Origin: Octopus bimaculoides
Lineage: Eukaryota
Assembly (NCBI RefSeq): GCF_001194135.2
Contig: NC_069003.1
Span: 19,454,759 to 19,518,481, forward strand
DNA length: 63,723 bases
Reading direction: 5' to 3'
The stretch's first letter is position 1, and every line of letters begins with the position of its first letter. The notes under the pieces are model-generated. The model was not told the DNA's origin. It searched no databases and saw only the letters and a program-made list of their open reading frames with translations. This document shows, piece by piece, positions 26,212-40,246 of this stretch. The position numbers and the translations under genes were made by a program.

Positions 26212-27499
26212 CTTATCAATCCTGAAAGGATAAAAAACTATTTGGCCTCAGTGGGGCCTGAATCCAGAGTACAGAAAGTGGAAATGAATCCTATGAGGAA
26301 GTCTATCCGATGCTCTGCATCTATGGTTCTCAACTAGGAGCCATATGGCCCTTAGAGGTTCATATAATATTTAATTGTTAAAATTTAAGTGTAATAAATT
26401 AGTTATACTTCTACAAGACACAAAATATTTTAATTTTTTTATACAATTCCTAATAATATTGAATTACTAAAATACAGTAAGATTTTTTTTCAATACAGTG
26501 AATGGCTCTGGAGGGCCAGTAGAGTAAAACAGAAACGATATGTCAAAAATGGTTGACAACCACTGCTCTAAAGACTGTCTGTTCAGTGCCTTTATACAGC
26601 AGCACTGTAAATGAAATAATAAAATCTATGCTACAATCATAGCAACACCTTTAAAATAGTCAACTTCAAGAATCCAGTTTGTTTTGTTGCAGTCTAAAAT
26701 CTATGAAGGTTATTGGTTGCTACAATACGTAGAGCATTGGCCAACAAAGTGCTTTGAGGATGTTAGTTTTACCCTTTTATGTTTCAAGTTCAAATTCAAG
26801 TGCTACCAATTTTATCCTTCATCCTTCCTTGGTCAACAAAATAAGTACAAAATGTACTGAAGTTGATTTTAATCAGTGATGCCTTACATCAAAATTTGAG
26901 GTCCTATGGTCATGTCATAAAACCTTAATTGTTAACATATTTAAAAAATTTTCAACTTACAATCATAAGATCATGGGTTTGATTCTTGCTCAAGGAGACA
27001 AAGCATGGATGGTTCATTGTCTCCGTTAGCAAGGTACTTTACATATGACAAAAGGAGCTAGCTGGTAGAATCATTACTATGCTGGACAAAGTGCTAAGTG
27101 GTATTTCTTCAGGCTTTACATTCTGATATCAAATGTTGCTGAGGTCAGTCATCCTTTTGGGGTCAATGAAATAAACTAGCCCCAACCCCCAAAACTTTCA
27201 GGCCTTGTACCAATAGTGGAAAGAATTCAATATAAGCACAGTATTCATGCTACTCCAGTCTACTCGGCTAAAAATGAGAGCCTAGTGCTGGTGCAGCTCT
27301 CTTTCTCTCCACCTGGGTTATCTGCTGGGCCAAGGTTGGGAGGGCTGAGAGGATGTCTGTGTCTGCTCAACTACACAAGCACCTAAAACAATTAGTGAAG
27401 CATGATCATGTTACTCTGTAACACTTGCTTATAAGAGATGGCTATGCTTGCTACTTTATGTATCAGACATTTTGTGAACAATATTATTCTTTAAGTTTG

Positions 27500-27860
27500 T
27501 TTTGCATGATTCCTGATGTGAAATTGTGCTTTGAGACAAATATTGTTTCATTTGAGGATGGTAATATTTTGCCAATTAAACACATGCACTATATATATAC
27601 TTGGTCTTCATTTCAGTTTTATAATTATTATTTTAGTGAAAATGGAATAAGCAGAACAAGAAGAGACACATGAGATAGAGAGACACTGATAAGGTTACAA
27701 GATGTGTGACAAAACAACTAGGACAAAGACACTATAATAATAATAATAATAATAATAATAATCATAATAATAATAATAATAATAAAGCTGAAATGAAGAG
27801 CAAGTAAACAGTGCATGTGTTTAATTGGCAAAATATGACCGTCCCAAAGTATAATGATAT
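27500..27860. mobile_element. MITE family copy 1 (second copy at about 29790-30190)
   Basis: The two loci share tttgcatgattc.tgatgtgaaa...atttg.ggatggt.atattttgccaattaaacac. In copy 2 the arm ttatatttggggatggtcatattt is mirrored by aaataagaccatcctcaaatataa. Confidence 0.65.
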
Positions 27861-29352
27861 TATTTTTTTAATTATTCGCTTATAAGGAGACAGTTACTGG
27901 TTCAGTGAACATTTGATGGCAGCACCAGCCTCTAACTATGGCAGAATAAATAATATCACTTTTTTGATGGTCTGGAATATTGGGAGTTTGTTCACGATGT
28001 GTATACAAGTACAAAAACACAAAAAAAGAGATGCTACAGGAGGGACAAGTTTTAACAAATGTTTAATATTTAAAAAAATGACAAAGAACCTATCTTTCAT
28101 TATATGCATACATATGTACATATATATATGTGTATGTGTGTATGTATGTAGGCATGTGTGTATGTAATATGCACATCCAAACACCCAATTGGCTTTTCTC
28201 CCACAACTTACTGTCTATAAAATTTCATTCACAAAAAAGAACTGGTAAACTCAAAACTGTGGTAGAAAAAAACCTCTTTTTCTTAACTTGTTGAGACTGA
28301 TGAGGTTGTATTAATGTTTTGTGTAAATTGTTGCAGGTGAATACCATTAGGAAAGACATTCCAGAAAGCTGGTGCTCTGGGGAAGAAGGGCCAAGAATAG
28401 TGTTGTGAGCAGGGTGTGGGGAGGGGGAACAAGGGTGACTAGAAGAAAAGAGAGGAGTTGAGTAGAGGTGCCTGAATGGAGGAGGTACAGACCAGTCTGC
28501 TTGGATAAACAGAGACCATTGTAGTAGCAACAGAAAAGAGATAGAAAGATAGATAGATAAATAGATAGATCATGCCTTATAGGCATGGTTTCACGCAATA
28601 GGATTAATTCTGGAATCTCTACACTTCTCCAGCAAACTTTCAAGCCACACAGCTAAGCCTATATATCTATGCAACCATTTTGTGTAGCTCTCTGTTCTAT
28701 ATACATTTTTAATGTAGAATATACAGTAATAATATAAATTTAAGGCAAATAAATAGATGAAAAAACAGCAAGGAAACAAGTGTTTAAACATATCAAAAGC
28801 AGTCAACAAATTTAATTCATTATTTATGGTTCAGTTAACATTTTTTGTTTTGTTTTTGTTAATAAATTTTAAATTTTCTGTTTGAACAACAAAAATCAAT
28901 TGGAATCTAGTTACACGGTCGTATAAGCAGGACCGTGTTGTGTGACTGAGATCTAAGTCTAAGGGACATAATCCTAATTTTTACTCAACTTCACACTAAA
29001 GTTATTAACACTTCAAAGAAAAATCACAAGCTGGATCTCTTAAATCTGTCTTTCCATGGTCTGCCAACTCTCATGGCTGGTACATTTGCTTTTTGGTGGG
29101 TGTGTTGTTTTAGAGTTTATACCAAATAAAACAATAAACGCTTTGTTTGGAAACATTAGTTGTATTCTTGTTTTAAGTTGTGTTATTTTAACATTGATAA
29201 CATGTTTGTTAACATATATACACACATAACACACATATAGCAACTGTGTTGTGGAAGAGTCCTTTAATAAACAACAAGCTGTTAAATTCACTATAAAATA
29301 TATATTTACGTTAAAAAAGAACCAAACTTTCTGTTGTACACTGTAAGATAGG

Positions 29353-29384
<32 letters not shown>

Positions 29385-29789
29385 GCAATAAACTGACCAC
29401 TTACAAGAGGAGTCTCTACGTAAAAAGTTAATTACTAAAGGTGAGGATTCGAAGAATGAAATTATATTGGGTCTCGATTCATCATAAATCATGTTTTCTA
29501 CTCAACGAGAATTGTCCAGCTCATATTCTAATCCATCAAAGATTATTTTTGAAAATGTATTTAAAATATATGTATTGTACTAGCTTTAAATATATCTTTT
29601 GGAAAGACCAGAATCCTGCTTATCATCCAGTGTCCCTTGTAGCAACTCTTTGTAAGCTCAACCTTGAAGAAGGTGTTGCTACATTAGTGTTAAAGAACAT
29701 TTACAAATTAATGTATTTAATCAAGTATTTTAATATGCAAAATGAATTATTGTAAAAAGATTATATATTTTTACATTTACGTTTTTGTT

Positions 29790-30190
29790 TTGCATGATTC
29801 TTGATGTGAAATAGTAAGTTGAAATAGATATTGTTATATTTGGGGATGGTCATATTTTTGCCAATTAAACACACACACTACATATTCATTTTTCACTTCA
29901 GTTTTACTATTATTCTTATTTTTTAGTGTCTTTTGTCACACATCCTGTGACCTCATCAATAACTATTTCATGTGTTTGTATCTGTGTGTGTGAAAGACAG
30001 ACAGAATGGACTAAACAACAGGAGATACATGGAATAGAGAGTTGCTGAAGAGGTCACAAGATGTGTGACAAAAGATTTCCAGACAAAGACCACTAAAATA
30101 AGAATAACAATAAAGCTGAAGTGAAGACCAAGTATATAATGCCTGTGGTAAATTGGTGAAAATAAGACCATCCTCAAATATAACACTATT
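29790..30190. mobile_element. MITE family copy 2 with an internal palindrome
   Basis: TIR as above; internal ttttgtcacacatcctgtgacctc...gaggtcacaagatgtgtgacaaaa. Confidence 0.65.
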
Positions 30191-30851
30191 ATATATTTAT
30201 CCAGATTATTAATAAGTTCGTTTTTGAGAGATAAAAACATTTTCTTTACACCAGTCATAATTATTATCATTCAGTTAGGAGAAAAAGATTAACAAGTTTT
30301 TTTCCTGCATATTAAGAATTCTGATATAAAGTTTATAACAAAAGCATTTACGGATAGTTTTTATAGAAATAATGAAACTAAAGAGAAAATTTTATTATAA
30401 AAACAACGAATCTTGCCAAACTTAGTAAAATTCTATTGAAAACAAGAAATCGAGGGGGGGAAAAATTAAATAGGAAAACTGAGTTATTTCCCTTAGACTG
30501 TAAACAGGATGTTAAATCGATGCTGAGATATCTAAAAGGAGCAATTCAAACTTCTTTCAAGGTAGATAAGATATGGTAGTAGGCGTGGTTGCTGTAGTTT
30601 TAACCCCAGATGAGCTCACATAATCAGTCTTCACTTTGTCTGTCTTTCTCACACATAAACATGGATGCGCGCACGCACACACACGCACACACACAGAAAT
30701 GGGTGTGTGGTTAAGAAGGTCGCTTTACAACCACATGGTTTCAGGTTCAGTTCTACTACATGGCACCTTGGAGGAAGCATCTTCTATTGTAACCACAGGA
30801 TACCAATGCTTTCCAAGCCAATCTGGCAGCTGGAAACTGAGTGGAAGCTTG

Positions 30852-30886
<35 letters not shown>

Positions 30887-31215
30887 GTGGGGTGGGTGGT
30901 CTTTGTGATTGTCTTCCCACTGTTTGTTAACCAGTGATGGTTTGTTTGCATTACTGTAAATAAGCAGTTTGAGAAAAAATACCGACAGAATAAGTACCTA
31001 ACATAAAAGATAAATACCGGGGTCAATTTGATTGACTAAGCTCCGTCATGTCCCACCATGGCTAAAATCCCGTGATTTGTTTTGGTCATTGTCTTGTACC
31101 TATGTACTCACACACACATATTTACCTCAAGTCACTCTCTTCCTTTTACTAAATATTAATATAAATATATATACACTCCTCTTTTGAGTTTTATTTTTCC
31201 TGTTTGTATCACCAT

Positions 31216-31268
<53 letters not shown>

Positions 31269-31270
<2 letters not shown>

Positions 31271-32060
31271 CAGGGTGTGATGGGTAAGTTGTCGCCATTT
31301 CATATTTTTAATTTCACGCATGTGCATTGTTTGTTTTTGATTTTGTTGACTACACAGTATAGTAGGGTCAGTTGGGCACCGTCTGTGATAAAAAGAGCAC
31401 CATGATGCAATTCACTCTGCCAGAAATTTGGAGATGATATGCTGCACTGCCTGGCATTCGAGCTGGAAGTTCCAATATGAACATTTCAGAGTATTTGGGT
31501 GTCAATCTGAGGACAGTGCAATCTGAGGACATGTACCAAGAGTGATAAAGATCAAACACTCAGTCAACATCATGGTATTTGAAGTGATCACTAGTGATGG
31601 TAACGTTATGCCTTCATTCATCTTCCCACACAGCTTCAGACTCAACACAGAGGCCTACATTAAGTGCCTGGGGGAGGTAGTGCTGCCCTGGATCAAGAAG
31701 GTGGCTGCTGTAAGACCCTATGTCTGGCAACAGGACTTTGTATCATGCCACACAAGCAGGAGAACCCAGTTGTGGCTGTCAGACAATTTCTGTGACCACA
31801 TCACTCCTAACATCTGGCCACCTAATTTCCCAGACTGCACCCCCGTTGATTATTGTGTGGGGTGCAGTTGAGTGAGAGACCAACAAAACCCCTTGTAACA
31901 CCAAAGATGAACTGAAGGCAAGGATTATGGCAGCATTCACCAACTTAAACAAGGAGACCACCCAGAAGAGTTGCAGAAGATTCCAAAGTCGTCTGGAATC
32001 TGCTGCAACTCTTGGTTGAAGCCAATTGCAATTTTATTGAATAAATTTACTCCTTAGTAT
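31269..32060 (+). mobile_element. Internally deleted, decayed Tc1/mariner-superfamily element, DD37D (maT) type
   Basis: TA then cagggtg at 31271. Translation MVFEVITSDGNVMPSFIF..YIKCLGEVVLPWIK..WQQD-(37 aa)-D (…WPPNFPDCTPVD). I counted exactly 37 residues between the second and third catalytic Asp. No intact right TIR seen. Confidence 0.8.
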
Positions 32061-33008
32061 TTCAAGAATTTTTTATGTAATTTTTTAAAGAGTTAAAAGA
32101 AATTGTTGCACAGGTGCCAATTTCGAAAATTGTGCTCATGGAGATTTGTCGCTCTCCTATAAACTATGCCACTGGAATGGGTTTGTCAACATTTTTACCG
32201 AAATAAAACGAAAAAGTGTTTGTCCTCCAAATGTCTCTCTCTCACACATACACACATATGCGTATGTACTCTATATTTCCACTACATTTGGAAAATTAGT
32301 TATCAAGAGCTCTCATGTTTGCTCAATGGTTGACCTGCTAGAAATAGCTCCCAAATTTTCCACAAATCACACCTATCTTAAAGTTAAGGAAGAGTATAGC
32401 TAGGACTACATTGGTTCATGTAGTCCTAGATACATACAATGTTTGTAAAACAAGAAAAACAATAAAGGGAAAAGCAGAGAAACGATCATGGCTTGATTGT
32501 CTTTCATCAATGAGTATATGAGTATCTGCTTGATCAGGCCTGACCTAGGGTTAAATGACAACAACAACAATAGCAACAATAACAAAACCGATCTTTTAAC
32601 TTTTATATATTTTAGTCATTATACTGTGGCCATACTAGAGTACCGCCTTCAAGAACTTTTAGCCGAGTGTACTCCAGTACTCTCTTTTAATTTTTTAAGC
32701 CTGGTACTTATTCTATCAGTTTCTTTTGTCAAACTGCTAAGTTGCAGGGACGTAAACACACCAACACCAGTTGTCAAACACACATTGGGCTTCTTTCAGT
32801 TTCCATCAGCTACTCACGAAGCTACAGTAGGAGACACTTGCCCAAGATGCCATGCAGTGGGACTGAACCCAGAACCATGTGGTTGGGAAGCAAGCTTCTT
32901 ACCACACAGCCACACCTAGCAAATATTTCCATATTTCAGAATGGTTAATTGTATTTTTTCTTAGAATAAAATAGAGATAATGTAAATAAATACACACACA
33001 TATGCACA

Positions 33009-33053
<45 letters not shown>

Positions 33054-34003
33054 GCATCAAACAAAATAGAGACAAAAAAATTACAAGAAACAAATAAAAA
33101 GGTTTAGAAAATCTTCTGATCTGATCGATTGGTGAAAATTAATCTATAATTATNNNNNNNNNNNNNNNNNNNNNNNNNNNNNNNNNNNNNNNNNNNNNNN
33201 NNNNNNNNNNNNNNNNNNNNNNNNNNNNNNNNNNNNNNNNNNNNNNNNNNNNNNNNNNNNNNNNNNNNNNNNNNNNNNNNNNNNNNNNNNNNNNNNNNNN
33301 NNNNNNNNNNNNNNNNNNNNNNNNNNNNNNNNNNNNNNNNNNNNNNNNNNNNNNNNNNNNNNNNNNNNNNNNNNNNNNNNNNNNNNNNNNNNNNNNNNNN
33401 NNNNNNNNNNNNNNNNNNNNNNNNNNNNNNNNNNNNNNNNNNNNNNNNNNNNNNNNNNNNNNNNNNNNNNNNNNNNNNNNNNNNNNNNNNNNNNNNNNNN
33501 NNNNNNNNNNNNNNNNNNNNNNNNNNATATAAATAGAGAGAGAGAGAGAGAGATATCTGCTTTTTGGCAAAATTAATTTCAAATTTTGGCATCAGTTTAG
33601 CAATTTCAAGTGAGGGAGTAAGTCAATTTCATCAACCTCCATACTCAACTGGTATTTTATCGACTTTGAATGGACAACAGGCAAAGTTGACCTTGAAATT
33701 TGAACTCAGAAAGGGACGAAACATTGCTGAAGAGGGATGAAATATTGCTAAACATTTTGCCTGATAAGATAACAATTCTGCCTGTTCACTACCTTTGTAA
33801 GTGAAATTATACATGAAAAAAAGCCAAACATTTAATGAAGGAGCACTCAATATATTTAGGTGGCGTGTCAAATTTATTTTTACAACAATAAGATGACAGT
33901 AACTTGAAAGTTTTGATGACTGGGACTTCAAAGTTACAGTTTTCCTCTTTCCATATAAAAAAATACATGCATGCATGTGTATGTGTGTGTGGGTGTGTGT
34001 GTG

Positions 34004-34036
<33 letters not shown>

Positions 34037-34292
34037 TGCAAGGTACAGGCATGATCGAGTAGTTAAGAAATTGGCTTTGCAAGCCTGTGCTTGAATATCA
34101 GAGTGTAGTAATATTGAGTGTTTATAGGATACTCATCCACATAACTGATATTTCAATGAGAAATCCGTTTGAACAACTAGAATCCTCAACACTGAAAATG
34201 GACACTGACAGAGGATCTACTAAAAATCGTAGATTTATGGGAGTGTGTGTGTGTGTGCATGTGTGTGTGTGTGTGTATGCACACACATATAG

Positions 34293-34653
34293 TGGCACTC
34301 CATCGGTTATGACGATGAGTGTTCCAGTTGATCCGATCAACAGAACGGCCTACTCTTGAAATTAGCATGCAAGTGGCTGAGCACTCCACAGACACGTGCA
34401 CCCTTAACGTAGTTCTTGGGGAGATTAGGTGTGACACAGAGTGTGACAAGGCTGGCCCTTTGACATACAGTTACAACAGAAACAGGAAGAAAGAGAGAGA
34501 AGTACAGCAGGGTTTGCCACCACCCCCAGGTGGAGCCTCGTAGAGCTTTAGGTGTTTTTGCTCAATAACACTCACAATGCCCGATCTGGGAATTGAAACC
34601 GCAATCCTATAACCGCGAGTTCGCTGCCTTAACCACTGGGCCATTGCACCTCC
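34293..34653 (-). mobile_element. SINE family B, full-length copy
   Basis: Reverse complement of the 11749 element, from ggaggtgcaatggcccagtgg to ggagtgccac. Confidence 0.8.
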
Positions 34654-35574
34654 ACACACACATATACACACAGACATCTATGAATGTAAATGTATGTGTG
34701 TACATATATGTGCACGTCTGTTTGTATATACATATATATGTGTATGTATAATCAATTCAAATAAACGAGTAAAAATTAACGGACAACAAGAGGACATGCA
34801 GAAGAAATGTATTAGCTTGATGCTCGGTGAAAAGAGAGAATTTGACATTTTGAGCATAGCTCTTCGTCGGAAAGGAGAAAGGGAAACGTCCAAAGAAGGA
34901 AAAGAAATTGCCAACAGCACGTGTGTATGTATACACACAAGCACACACACACACACATGCAAGCACACACACATACATTTAAATGTGTTGTGCATTTTGT
35001 GAATTGGTGGATGAACAAACAGGGATATCATGGGGTTGAGAGGAGCCTTAATTGTGTCCTGACAGGCAGGGACATGAGAATCTCACCAGTGGTGGGGCCA
35101 CAAAGCACATAAAAAAAAATACCCTTAGTACATTCTAAAATGGTTAACAAGTGTGCAGAGACATTGTAAGATCCAGGAAGATCTTCGGACCAGAATTGTG
35201 GAGGACGGGACAACTTGCAGTAGTGCTGATGCCACAAACAGTGAACCTAGTACATTTTGTAAAGTTGTTGGCATTAGGAAGGATATCCAGTATTAGAAAC
35301 CATGCAGACTGAATATGGCTGGAAGGGGTATGGTCCCCTGTCCACCCAACACAGGCCAATAGATAGGTGATGATGATGATGGTATATATATATATATATG
35401 TTCATAATTATAGAACCCAATTTAAGTAGAGCCTGATGAGGGTGAGCAAGATAAAACTTTGAAGTCACTGTCTATTTTTATCACATAAAAGTTAATAAAT
35501 ACATACTCAACTAAAAAGTATTCAACAATCCTTCAATTTAATGTATACAAATAACTTGCCAAACATTAATATAT

Positions 35575-35636
<62 letters not shown>

Positions 35637-38058
35637 TACACACACACACGCACATATATATATACTGTTTGTATGCTGTTTTTTTATGTCAAATTATATA
35701 TCTATATAAACAGTAAATCTGTATACATAATAAATGAGAGAATGTTAAAGAGAAGAAAAAAGATGGAGATGAGAAATATAGGTCAAATGATATAAAAAGA
35801 AAGAAAAAGGTGTGATAATGGAGTGAGTGGGAGGGAAGGAGAGAGGGGGACGAGGTAGCAAGAGAGATGTGGGACATGGGGGTGGTGAAGGACGAGTCAG
35901 AATCTCAGTCACAGATTGAACAATTGAATCAAAAATATGTACAGGGAATAAATATTTCACATACTCATATACACATACATATATATTTGGGCACACATAC
36001 ACACGCATGCGTAAGCATCATGCTTATACAAACTCACACAATAAAGAAAAAAACATACATAGAGTTATACAGATAACAAATATTTCTTTACACAGTTTAT
36101 GGTATTTAATAAAGGATAAATTTAGATTAGTAAACATATTGATAGAAAAACTTTAAGCAATATACATTTACATATGCAGAATATGTACATGAGTGGCTAT
36201 ATATGATATACATGTGTATGTGTGAATGTGTGTAAGTATGTATGTATACGCATACACACAGATATGTGTTTATATTTATACACATACACACAGACACATT
36301 TTTATGTGTATATACACATACATATATTCAGATTTACCATCAATTTTCCAGCTGCCTTGGTTCCATACCCATGTTGGATTGAAAGAAATCACAAAACAGT
36401 AATTCTGAGAAAATTCCAAGAAGGTTGCTGTCAATGTTATTAATAACTTTTTCAATACCAAACCTTAACAACACACCTTTGTTCATACAAAAGAAGCATG
36501 TTGCAAAGTTGGAAACATTCTTCCAACCCTTCAACAATGACAATATGACCAAATCTAATGCTACCTGCTAACCTCCTAACAACCACTGGGCCTCCAGCAG
36601 TCCCTGTCTTGAAGTGCAATAGTGATAAACATATTTTCCCCTTTCTTCTTTCATGGAAACATTAGACAAAGTTATGAAAACAGACTGGATAGCCATGGCT
36701 GGAAGAGCTTTTTCTATCATAAGGTAGACTGGCAGCACTGGCAGAGAGTTGGGCAAGATTCCTTCAGCTTCTTGTATTCTAACAGTACCACCTACAATGG
36801 TGCAATGCTAAACTGTACTGGCCGGTGCTGACAGCCTTGCTCTTGTTGAGAGATAGGAGACACATTCACAGATAAATGAGTCTTCCATGGTAAAAAAAAT
36901 TTCTCATCCAGGATTCCACATACATGTGCAGATGGATGGTCAACCTTGGCCAACAGAAGCCCTTAACGGTTTATAGAGGTTCAAAAGGAATACCATCTGC
37001 CTCACCTTCACTATGTTCTAGAATTCCAGGCTTTTTGTGAAGTGTAAAACCACCTCTTAGCTAATATTGTTCCCAGGTCTATCCTGATCCAGAGTAGTAG
37101 CACCTGTAAGGATCCCAGCTATGGGAAATTAGCATATTAGGGCTTGTGTGACAATGCATGTGAAGACTGGATCCAGCAGACTCTACAGAAAAAAAAAAAC
37201 CTTCATGGTTCAGTGGAAATGAAGGTGGCTGCATCAAAACATTTTGGAGTGCAGAGAGCAAGATGAGGCCAAATAAGACATCTTGGTCAGTCTCTGCCTC
37301 CATCTCCATCCCTGGTCATCTTGACTTGATCTTGTCACTGATTGAAGATGCGCAACTCTTCTTCACTTTAAACAGATTCACTGTGCAAGTCATCAGTCAT
37401 CTTTAACGATGATTAGATGATCCTCATTATTCTGATGAATGAACCTAACATGTGGGTTGTGGGCTACTGGCAAAATTCCTAGAAACCAACACTCTTCTCT
37501 GACTATAGCAAAATAAAACTTCAATCTGCATATATTTTCCAGCAATGCTTATTAACCATCTCCTAACACTAACGAGAAGGCATGAGGATGTTGCACTCAT
37601 GATTGCAAGACTGTGGTATTGATTTCTGGACTGGGCAGTGCACTGTGTTGGGCAAAATACTTCATTTTCATGTAGTTCCAGTCCACTCATCCCAAGAGGA
37701 GTAACCTTGCAACAAACTGACATCCTGTTCAAGGGCAATGATGTGACCTTGGTCACTGTATGCCATGGAAACTGGGTAACTGGCCCTATGAACCCTACAA
37801 CTTAAGACAGTGCTTAGTTACTTCTGCTCATGAAAACGGGAATAATGAGTACTCATACATCATATCTGATCTGACTGCCATCATTCTTATTGCCAGTGTG
37901 TGTGTGTGTATGGGTGTGTGTGTGCATGTGTGCATGCACGCACATGCACTATTCATTTTAGCTTGAACTAAATAAGCATATGAGAAACTGTGAGTAGCAA
38001 TAGAGTGAATGAAAAAATCCTCCAGTTTCAAATGAATATATATATGAATATGAATATA

Positions 38059-38089
<31 letters not shown>

Positions 38090-39278
38090 GAGTGAGTGTA
38101 TGTGTGCGCACATTGAAACACACAGAAGCATGCACAGATGCATGTGCTCACTCTCACACACACATATTGTACACACAAACACTATAATCCATACATTCTT
38201 TGTAGTAAACTATTACACAACAGATGCCTTTATATCATCCACATTTTCTAACAGAATCTCAGAAATAACAAATATTGATTCTGGAATTATTGATTGAATT
38301 CTTGCAGGACAGAGACATGTGATGGTGGTGGTGGCAGTGTTATCAATAGTAGCAATAGTGATGGTGGAGTGGTGATGGTGGTTAGGGTGATGATGGCAGA
38401 GGTAGGGATAAGAGTTCAGAGCAATAATTAATGATAAAAGGAAAAACATTTCTAATAAATTCTTCATTTGCTTTGTTTACTGCTGTTAGTCTCCACTACC
38501 ACCACCAGTACTGCCACCAACATGACATCCCCCCCCCCATAATCCTTTCCATTACTACCATCACTATGGTCACCATTTAAGATTAAAATACTGAAACTCT
38601 AACCAAATATAAAAAATAAACAAAACAAAAAAAATTTTTTTTTTAAAAAGTCAATTTCAAAAATAAATATCCTTAAAATCAGTAATCTAAGTGTAACAGT
38701 TTTTTTACACTTACAATTAAATGTATACAAACACACATACACAGACACATACATGCACAGCACNNNNNNNNNNNNNNNNNNNNNNNNNNNNNNNNNNNNN
38801 NNNNNNNNNNNNNNNNNNNNNNNNNNNNNNNNNNNNNNNNNNNNNNNNNNNNNNNNNNNNNNNNNNNNNNNNNNNNNNNNNNNNNNNNNNNNNNNNNNNN
38901 NNNNNNNNNNNNNNNNNNNNNNNNNNNNNNNNNNNNNNNNNNNNNNNNNNNNNNNNNNNNNNNNNNNNNNNNNNNNNNNNNNNNNNNNNNNNNNNNNNNN
39001 NNNNNNNNNNNNNNNNNNNNNNNNNNNNNNNNNNNNNNNNNNNNNNNNNNNNNNNNNNNNNNNNNNNNNNNNNNNNNNNNNNNNNNNNNNNNNNNNNNNN
39101 NNNNNNNNNNNNNNNNNNNNNNNNNNNNNNNNNNNNNNNNNNNNNNNNNNNNNNNNNNNNNNNNNNNNNNNNNNNNNNNNNNNNNNNNNNNNNNNNNNNN
39201 NNNNNNNNNNNNNNNNNNNNNNNNNNNNNNNNNNNNNNNNNNNNNNNNNNNNNNNNNNNNNNNNNNNNNNNNNNNNNN

Positions 39279-39612
39279 TCCTGGCACTTGGGCCGGTGGT
39301 ATGTGTAAAGACATTCGAGCGAGATCGTTACCAGTGTTGCTGGACTGGCTCCTGTGCAGGTGGCATGTAAAATACACCATTTTGAGCGTGGCCGTTGCCA
39401 GTACCACCTGACTGGCCTTCGTGCCAGTGGCACGTAAAAAGCACCCACTACACTCTCTGAGTGGTTGGCATTAGGAAGGGCATCCAGCTGTAGAAACTCT
39501 GCCAAATCAGATTGGAGCCTGGTGTAGCCATCTGGTTTCACCAGTCCTCAGTCAAATCGTCCAACCCATGCTAGCATGGAAAGCGGACGTTAAACGACGA
39601 TGATGATGATGA
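39279..39612 (+). mobile_element. RTE-type LINE 3' UTR/tail ending in (GAT)n
   Basis: Same repeats as 11284-11590, continuing ggaagggcatccagctgtagaaactctgcc...ccaacccatgctagcatggaaagcggacgttaaacgacgatgatgat. Shorter tails occur at about 2700-2870, 6300-6440(-), 44190-44370 and 46080-46175. Confidence 0.65.
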
Positions 39613-39976
39613 TGATATATATATATGTATATATATATAACATCACCAAAACAGTATTGTAAAAAACAAAAACAAATAAACTAGGACTTCTTATTCATGA
39701 GCAGAAAATACTTGAGCACTGATGAGGTGCCACACAGATAAATCAAAGACTCACATTAGAGTACTTTTCACAAACTTTAGACAGTGTTGCTGCTTTGTAT
39801 GGAATATGGATCCAGCAACATAAAAAATTCAAAACAGTAGGTGCAGGCATAGCTGTGTGGTAGGAAGTTCACTTCCTCACTGCATGGTTCAAGCTTCAGT
39901 ACCAGTGTATGGCACATTGGGCAAGTCTTCTACTATAACCTTGTGAGTGGATGTGAGAGACAGAAACTAAAAGAAG

Positions 39977-40024
<48 letters not shown>

Positions 40025-40109
40025 CATGCCTTTGTGTCTGTGTTTGTCCCCCACTGCTACCATTTGACAATGGTGTTGGTGTGTTTATGTCTTCATAACT
40101 TAGCAGTGT

Positions 40110-40246
40110 GGAGGCGCAATGGCCCAGTGGTTAGGGCAGCAGACTGTGGAGTGCTCAGCCACTTGCACGTTAATTTCACGAGCAGGCTGTTCCGTTGATC
40201 GGATCAATTGGAACCCTTGTCGTCGTAAGCAACAGAGTGCTAACAA
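40110..40246 (+). mobile_element. Internally deleted SINE B nested in a SINE A, flanked by an 11-bp target-site duplication
   Basis: aacttagcagt occurs at 40097-40107 and 40247-40257. The head ggaggcgcaatggcccagtggttagggcagcagact is fused directly to gtggagtgctcagcc. Confidence 0.8.

Noticed and set aside
25067-26337. Long ORFs (up to 399 aa) in the supplied track here and at the other gaps
   Set aside because: They consist of N-gap X residues and (TA)n translations.
29405-29492. ATG-initiated minus ORF MIYDESRPNII... ending at a gtaagt donor, as an alternative first exon
   Set aside because: It ends in phase 1, so splicing to the phase-0 acceptor at 15173 gives an immediate stop; no similarity to anything I recognise.
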